NCBI GenBank assembly: GCA_965232515.1
Contig: CBDDPY010000002.1
Location: 3,968,001-4,032,000 of the forward strand
Reading direction: 5' to 3'
Source of the DNA: Alphaproteobacteria bacterium
Lineage (GTDB): Bacteria > Pseudomonadota > Alphaproteobacteria > GCA-2731375
Length of the DNA: 64,000 bases
Under the pieces are notes generated by a model. That model was given only the letters and a program-made list of their open reading frames with translations, did no database searches and was not told the origin of the DNA. A program made the position numbers and the translations under genes. Every line of letters begins with the position of its first letter. Position 1 is the stretch's first letter. This document shows positions 59,383 through 64,000 of this stretch, piece by piece.

Positions 59383-61088
59383 TGCGCCGACTCTGGCAGG
59401 CCATGGCCCGGCGCGCGCTGCCGCTCGCCATGGCCGACATCGACCGGCGACAGCGGGCGCCGCTGCTGACGGCGGCCGACGACCCGGAAGCGACGCAGCT
59501 CCGCCTGCTGCTCGACATTCTGCGCGCCAACGCCGAAACGGACTTCGGCCGCGATCACGGCTTCGCCGACATCACCGACTGGCAAAGCTTCCGCGCCGCC
59601 GTGCCGGTGCAGACGCATGAAAGCCTGCTGCCGGCCATCGACCGGCAGGCCGCCACCCGCGCGCCGGTCCTCACCACCGATCCGCCGCTCTGGTACGCCC
59701 GCACCAGCGGCACCACCGGCCGGCCGAAAGACATTCCCGTCACCCGGCGGACCGCGGCGCTGAACCGCGCCGCGCAGCGCCAGACCGCACTCACGCTCCA
59801 ACGTCAGACCCGGTTCTTCGACGGCGAGATCCTGGCCTTCAGCGGCCCGGCCGTCGAGGGCCGCCGCGACGACGGCGCCGCCTACGGTTCGGCCACCGGC
59901 CACGCCTATGCCAAGACGTCGGCCCTGGTCCGGTCGCTGTTCGTGCTGCCGCCCGCCGTCTACGCGATCCCGGACTACGACCTGAAATACTACGTCGCGG
60001 CCCTGCTCGGCCTCGGCGCGCGCCGCCTGACCGGCCTGGTGGCGGCGAACCCCTCGACGTTGCTGAAGCTGATCGAGACCATCGAGACGCACCGCCAGAA
60101 CCTGCTCGCCGATCTCGGCGGCGGCCGGGCGGCCTTCCTCGACCGGCTCGACCCGCCGGCGCGTGCGGCCGTCGCCCGCCGCTTGCGTGCCGCCACACCG
60201 CCGTCGGACCGCCTCCGGCGCGTGCTGGCCGACGACGGCCCGATCCGCCTCGCCGACCTCTGGCCCGACCTCGGCGCCGTGCTCACCTGGACCGGCGGCA
60301 GCTGCGGCATCGCCATCGAGGCGCTGCGCCCGCACCTGCCCACCGACTGCCGCATCGTCGAGGTCGGCTACCGTGCCAGCGAGGTCACCGCCACCGTCAG
60401 TATCGATGCCGACGAGACCGGCTGCCTTCCCATGCTGCGCCATGTCGTGTTCGAGTTCGTCGAACGGGACGCCTGGGAACGCGGCGAACCTGCCTTCCGC
60501 ACGCTCGGCCAGCTCGAAACCGGGCGCCAGTACTACGTCTTCATCACCACGGCGGCCGGCCTCTACCGCTACGACATGAACGATGTCGTCGAGGTCACGG
60601 ACTGGACCGGCCGCACGCCGATGCTGGCCTTCGTGCGCAAGGGCCGCGGCGTCACCAACATCACCGGCGAGAAGCTGACCGAGCCCGATGTCATCGCCGC
60701 CGTCGCGCAGGCGCTCGCGGACATCGGCCGGCGTTCGCCGTTCTTCGTCGCGCTCGCCGACGCGCGGATCAGGCGCTATGACCTGCTGCTCGAGGCGGAC
60801 GCGACACTCGGCGCGGACCAGACCCAGCGGCTCGCCAAGGCGATCGATTCCGGGCTGCGCCGACGCAACCTCGAATACGACGCCAAGCGCGCCAGCGGCC
60901 GGCTCGAACCGCTGCGGGTGGTGCCACTCGGTTCCGGCGCCGGCGAACACTGCAAGCGCGCGGCGCTGCAACTCGGCCAACGGGAAGCGCAGTACAAACC
61001 GGTCTGCCTGGCCGACCGCGCGGACTGGCCCGTCGATCTCACTACTTATGTCGTGTCGGAGCAGCGGCAATGCGCGACGGCATCCTGA
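59382..61088 (+). CDS. GH3 family acyl-adenylate/amido synthetase
   Basis: TSGTTGRPK.IP, YRASE, GLYRYDMNDVV, GEKLTE. Confidence 0.92.
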   Translation: MRRLWQAMARRALPLAMADIDRRQRAPLLTAADDPEATQLRLLLDILRANAETDFGRDHGFADITDWQSFRAAVPVQTHESLLPAIDRQAATRAPVLTTDPPLWYARTSGTTGRPKDIPVTRRTAALNRAAQRQTALTLQRQTRFFDGEILAFSGPAVEGRRDDGAAYGSATGHAYAKTSALVRSLFVLPPAVYAIPDYDLKYYVAALLGLGARRLTGLVAANPSTLLKLIETIETHRQNLLADLGGGRAAFLDRLDPPARAAVARRLRAATPPSDRLRRVLADDGPIRLADLWPDLGAVLTWTGGSCGIAIEALRPHLPTDCRIVEVGYRASEVTATVSIDADETGCLPMLRHVVFEFVERDAWERGEPAFRTLGQLETGRQYYVFITTAAGLYRYDMNDVVEVTDWTGRTPMLAFVRKGRGVTNITGEKLTEPDVIAAVAQALADIGRRSPFFVALADARIRRYDLLLEADATLGADQTQRLAKAIDSGLRRRNLEYDAKRASGRLEPLRVVPLGSGAGEHCKRAALQLGQREAQYKPVCLADRADWPVDLTTYVVSEQRQCATAS

Positions 61089-62194
61089 CGCTCGCCACCT
61101 TCCCGGCGGCGCTGCGCACGACCTTCCGGCATGCATCCGCCACCCGCCGTGCGACGGAGAATGTCATCGTCCGCGTCGGCGGCGCCGACGGCATCGACGG
61201 CTATGGCGAGGCCTGCCCGCGCGGCTACGTCACGGGCGAGAGCGTCGAATCGGTGGCGCGGTTTCTCCGGCGACAGGGACCGGCGCTGGCGAGCGAGATC
61301 CGCTCGGTCGCGGCGTTGCAGGCCTGGATCGCCGCGAACGGTGAGCTGATCGACGCCAATCCGTCCGCCTTCGGCGCGCTGGAGATCGCGCTGCTCGACC
61401 GGCTCGGCCGGCGGTCGAACCTGACACTGGAGCAACTGATCGGCGGCGCCCGGCGCGCCGGGCCGTTCCGCTATACCGCCGTGCTCGGCGATTCGACCCT
61501 GCCGACGCTGGCGTTGCAGGCGCTCGCCTACCGATTCGCCGGCCTCACCGATGTCAAGATCAAGCTCGGCGGCGATCCCGCGCGCGACCGGCGCAAGTTC
61601 GCGCTTCTGCGCACGCTCTTCGGATCGCGCCTGCGCCTCCGGACCGACGCCAACAACCTCTGGCGTCAGGCCGCCGAATGCACCAGCCATCTCAGATGCA
61701 TGGCGCCGCACCTCTGGGCCATCGAGGAGCCGCTGGCGCCGGGCGATCTCGACGGCTGCCGCGCCGTGGCCAAGGCCCTCGGCCTGCGGATCGTCCTGGA
61801 TGAAAGCGCCTGCCGGGCCGAGCAGCTCGACGCGCTGGCGGCCGACCCCGAGACCTGGGTGATCAACATCCGCGTCTCCAAGATGGGCGGAATCCTGCGG
61901 TCGCTGGAGGTCGCGCGGCGGGCCGCCGAGCGCGGCCTCGGCGTCATCCTCGGCGCCCATGTCGGCGAGACCAGCATCCTGACCCGCGCCGCGCTGGCCG
62001 TGGCGGCCTGCGCGCCCCGTCCGGCGATCGCCATGGAAGGCGCCTTCGGCACACGCCTGCTGGCGTCCGACATCGTCACCGCACCGGTCATGTTCGGCCG
62101 CCACGGCCTGCTCGATCCGCAACACCAGCCCTGGGCGCGGCAGACGGGTCACGGCCTGCGCATCGACGCGGACGCCCTCATGCCGATCCACTGA
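61070..62194 (+). CDS. Enolase superfamily protein (MLE/dipeptide epimerase subgroup)
   Basis: FRHASA.R, GYGEA.PR.YVTGE, KIK, DAN, EEP, DES, NIRVSKMGG. Confidence 0.9.
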   Translation: MRDGILTLATFPAALRTTFRHASATRRATENVIVRVGGADGIDGYGEACPRGYVTGESVESVARFLRRQGPALASEIRSVAALQAWIAANGELIDANPSAFGALEIALLDRLGRRSNLTLEQLIGGARRAGPFRYTAVLGDSTLPTLALQALAYRFAGLTDVKIKLGGDPARDRRKFALLRTLFGSRLRLRTDANNLWRQAAECTSHLRCMAPHLWAIEEPLAPGDLDGCRAVAKALGLRIVLDESACRAEQLDALAADPETWVINIRVSKMGGILRSLEVARRAAERGLGVILGAHVGETSILTRAALAVAACAPRPAIAMEGAFGTRLLASDIVTAPVMFGRHGLLDPQHQPWARQTGHGLRIDADALMPIH

Positions 62195-62212
62195 ACGTCC
62201 GCTGCCTTCCGG

Positions 62213-62252
62213 CTGTCCCCAAACCGTCATATTTACGTCGCATATCTGAAAA
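62213..62252 (+). promoter_or_regulatory. Pho box array upstream of phnC
   Basis: CTGTCCC (62213), CCGTCAT (62224), ACGTCGC (62235) in 11-bp register. Confidence 0.65.
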
Positions 62253-62371
62253 ACGACGCACGTAGGGTCCGTCCCGAACAGGGGGATGAAGGCCGTTGCG
62301 GCGTGCGGCGGCCGGCCTCCAACCGTACCTGGACACCGAGCTTCGGGACAACGGCAGGCGACGGACCGAGC

Positions 62372-63190
62372 ATGTACGTTAGCAACCTCACCAAGGCCTT
62401 CGGACCGGTCGTCGCCGTCGACGACGTGTCGTTTGCGATCGATCAGCCGCAGATGGTCGGCATCATCGGCCGCTCCGGCGCCGGCAAGTCGACGCTGCTG
62501 CGCATGATCAACCGCCTGACGCCGGCGACAGGCGGCGAGGTGGTCGTCGACGGCCGCGACGTGCTGGCGCTCAAGGGCGCCGAGATGCGCCGCTGGCAGC
62601 GCGACTGCGCCATGATCTTCCAGCAGTTCAACCTGGTGCCGCGCCTCGACGTCGTGACCAACGTGATGCTCGGCCGGCTGAACGGCCACGGCACCCTCAA
62701 GAGCCTGTTCAACGTCTTCGGCCGCGCCGAGATCAAGCGCGCGCTGACCGCGCTCGAGCGCCTCGGCATCGCCGACCAGGCCCTGCAGCGGGCCGAGACC
62801 CTGTCGGGCGGCCAGCAGCAGCGCGTCGCCATCGCCCGCGCGCTGACGCAGGCGCCGAAGATGATCCTCGCCGACGAGCCCATCGCCTCGCTCGATCCAT
62901 TGAGCGCCGAGGTGGTGATGACCTCGCTGCGCCAGATCCACGAACGCGACCGCCTGACCGTGATCTGCAATCTGCACACGCTCGACACCGCCCGCAGCTA
63001 TTGCGACCGGGTGATCGGCATGCTGCACGGCCGGCTGGTCTTCGACGGTCCGCCCGCGGCGTTGACCGCGCGGGTCGTGCGCGAGATCTACGGCGCCGAT
63101 CAGGACATAAACGAGGCCACGACCTCGACGGCGCTCGGCGCCGCGCCCGCGGACGCCCCGCTCCCCGCGCCCGCCGCCATCCCGGCCTGA
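62372..63190 (+). CDS. phnC: Phosphonate ABC transporter ATP-binding protein
   Basis: [45 protein letters not shown]. Confidence 0.95.
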   Translation: MYVSNLTKAFGPVVAVDDVSFAIDQPQMVGIIGRSGAGKSTLLRMINRLTPATGGEVVVDGRDVLALKGAEMRRWQRDCAMIFQQFNLVPRLDVVTNVMLGRLNGHGTLKSLFNVFGRAEIKRALTALERLGIADQALQRAETLSGGQQQRVAIARALTQAPKMILADEPIASLDPLSAEVVMTSLRQIHERDRLTVICNLHTLDTARSYCDRVIGMLHGRLVFDGPPAALTARVVREIYGADQDINEATTSTALGAAPADAPLPAPAAIPA

Positions 63191-63246
63191 CCGTTACCGC
63201 ACCGAACATCGGACGACATGACGATCACCTACAGCAGGAGAGGAAG

Positions 63247-64000
63247 ATGAAGCTCACCACTGCACTCGCGGCCGCGGCCGCGACCGTATTGCTCGCCAGC
63301 GGCGCATTCGCGCAAGACAGCATCAAGGAATTCCGCATCGGCATCCTCGGCGGCGAGAACGCGTCGGACCGGCTGCGCAGCAACGAATGCCTGGTCGAGA
63401 AGACAACCGAGCTGCTTGGCGTCGAGACCAAGCTGTTCGCGCCGGCCGACTATAACGGCGTCATCGAAGGCCTGCTCGGCGGCAACCTCGACATGGCCTG
63501 GCTCGGCGCCTCGGCCTACGCCAAGGTCTATCTCTCCAATCCCGACGCCGTCGAGCCGGTGCTGACCAAGATCAACGCCGACGGCTCCTTCGGCTACTAC
63601 TCGATCGGCTTCGCTCGCGTCGACAGCGACATCGCCAGCCTCAAGGACATGCAGGGCAAGAAGTTCGGCTTCGGCGATCCGAACTCCACGTCGGGCTACC
63701 TGATCCCGTCGATCGAGATCCCGCAGGCCGGCTACGACATGGAATCGGGCAAGTATTTCGGCGAGGTCGTCTTTACCGGCGGCCATGAACAGACCATCGT
63801 CGCGGTCTCGAACGGCGACATCGACGCCGGCGTGACCTGGGCCGACGGCCTCGGCGCCTGGGAGGACGGCTTCAACAGCGGCGCGCTGCGCAAGGCGACC
63901 GACGCCGGCCTGGTCGACATGACGCAGATCAAGGAGATCTGGCGTTCCAAGGTCATTCCGGAAGGCCCGATCGTGCTGCGCAAGGACCTGCCGACCGACG
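63247..64000 (+). CDS. phnD: Phosphonate ABC transporter substrate-binding protein (partial)
   Basis: Not in ORF track; MKLTTALAAA...FRIGILGGEN, DY.GVIEG, FGDPNSTSGYL.P, GGHEQ. Confidence 0.93.
   Translation, partial: MKLTTALAAAAATVLLASGAFAQDSIKEFRIGILGGENASDRLRSNECLVEKTTELLGVETKLFAPADYNGVIEGLLGGNLDMAWLGASAYAKVYLSNPDAVEPVLTKINADGSFGYYSIGFARVDSDIASLKDMQGKKFGFGDPNSTSGYLIPSIEIPQAGYDMESGKYFGEVVFTGGHEQTIVAVSNGDIDAGVTWADGLGAWEDGFNSGALRKATDAGLVDMTQIKEIWRSKVIPEGPIVLRKDLPTD

Overview
High-GC chromosomal window from an alphaproteobacterium, inferred from CtrA boxes, a GAAC-N7-GAAC SOS box, CGTC-type REPs, mmcB and TAXI-TRAP genes; probably Rhodospirillales-like. It holds about 65 mostly metabolic, transport and regulatory genes: sugar/inositol-like ABC, phnM, TAXI-TRAP, iorAB-like molybdoenzyme, uxaA-type pair, P450, hldDE, RND pump and phnCD. 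I saw no rRNA, tRNA, CRISPR array or intact IS element. Most notable: (1) a solitary GIY-YIG nuclease gene bracketed by two CGTC-tagged REP doublets, arranged like a RAYT/REP locus; (2) a coupled sterol-desaturase-like + GH3 acyl-amido synthetase + enolase-superfamily operon, whose 32-bp-spaced tandem operator recurs 57 kb away before an unannotated 30-aa ORF; (3) a degenerate Cache-PAS-HD-GYP protein divergent from a LapG-like protease, with a perfect CtrA box between them; (4) a PilZ-pseudokinase fusion and CtrA-like boxes before all PilZ genes; (5) at least five unrelated families of short palindromic intergenic elements. All family calls come from motif recognition by eye, not database searches.
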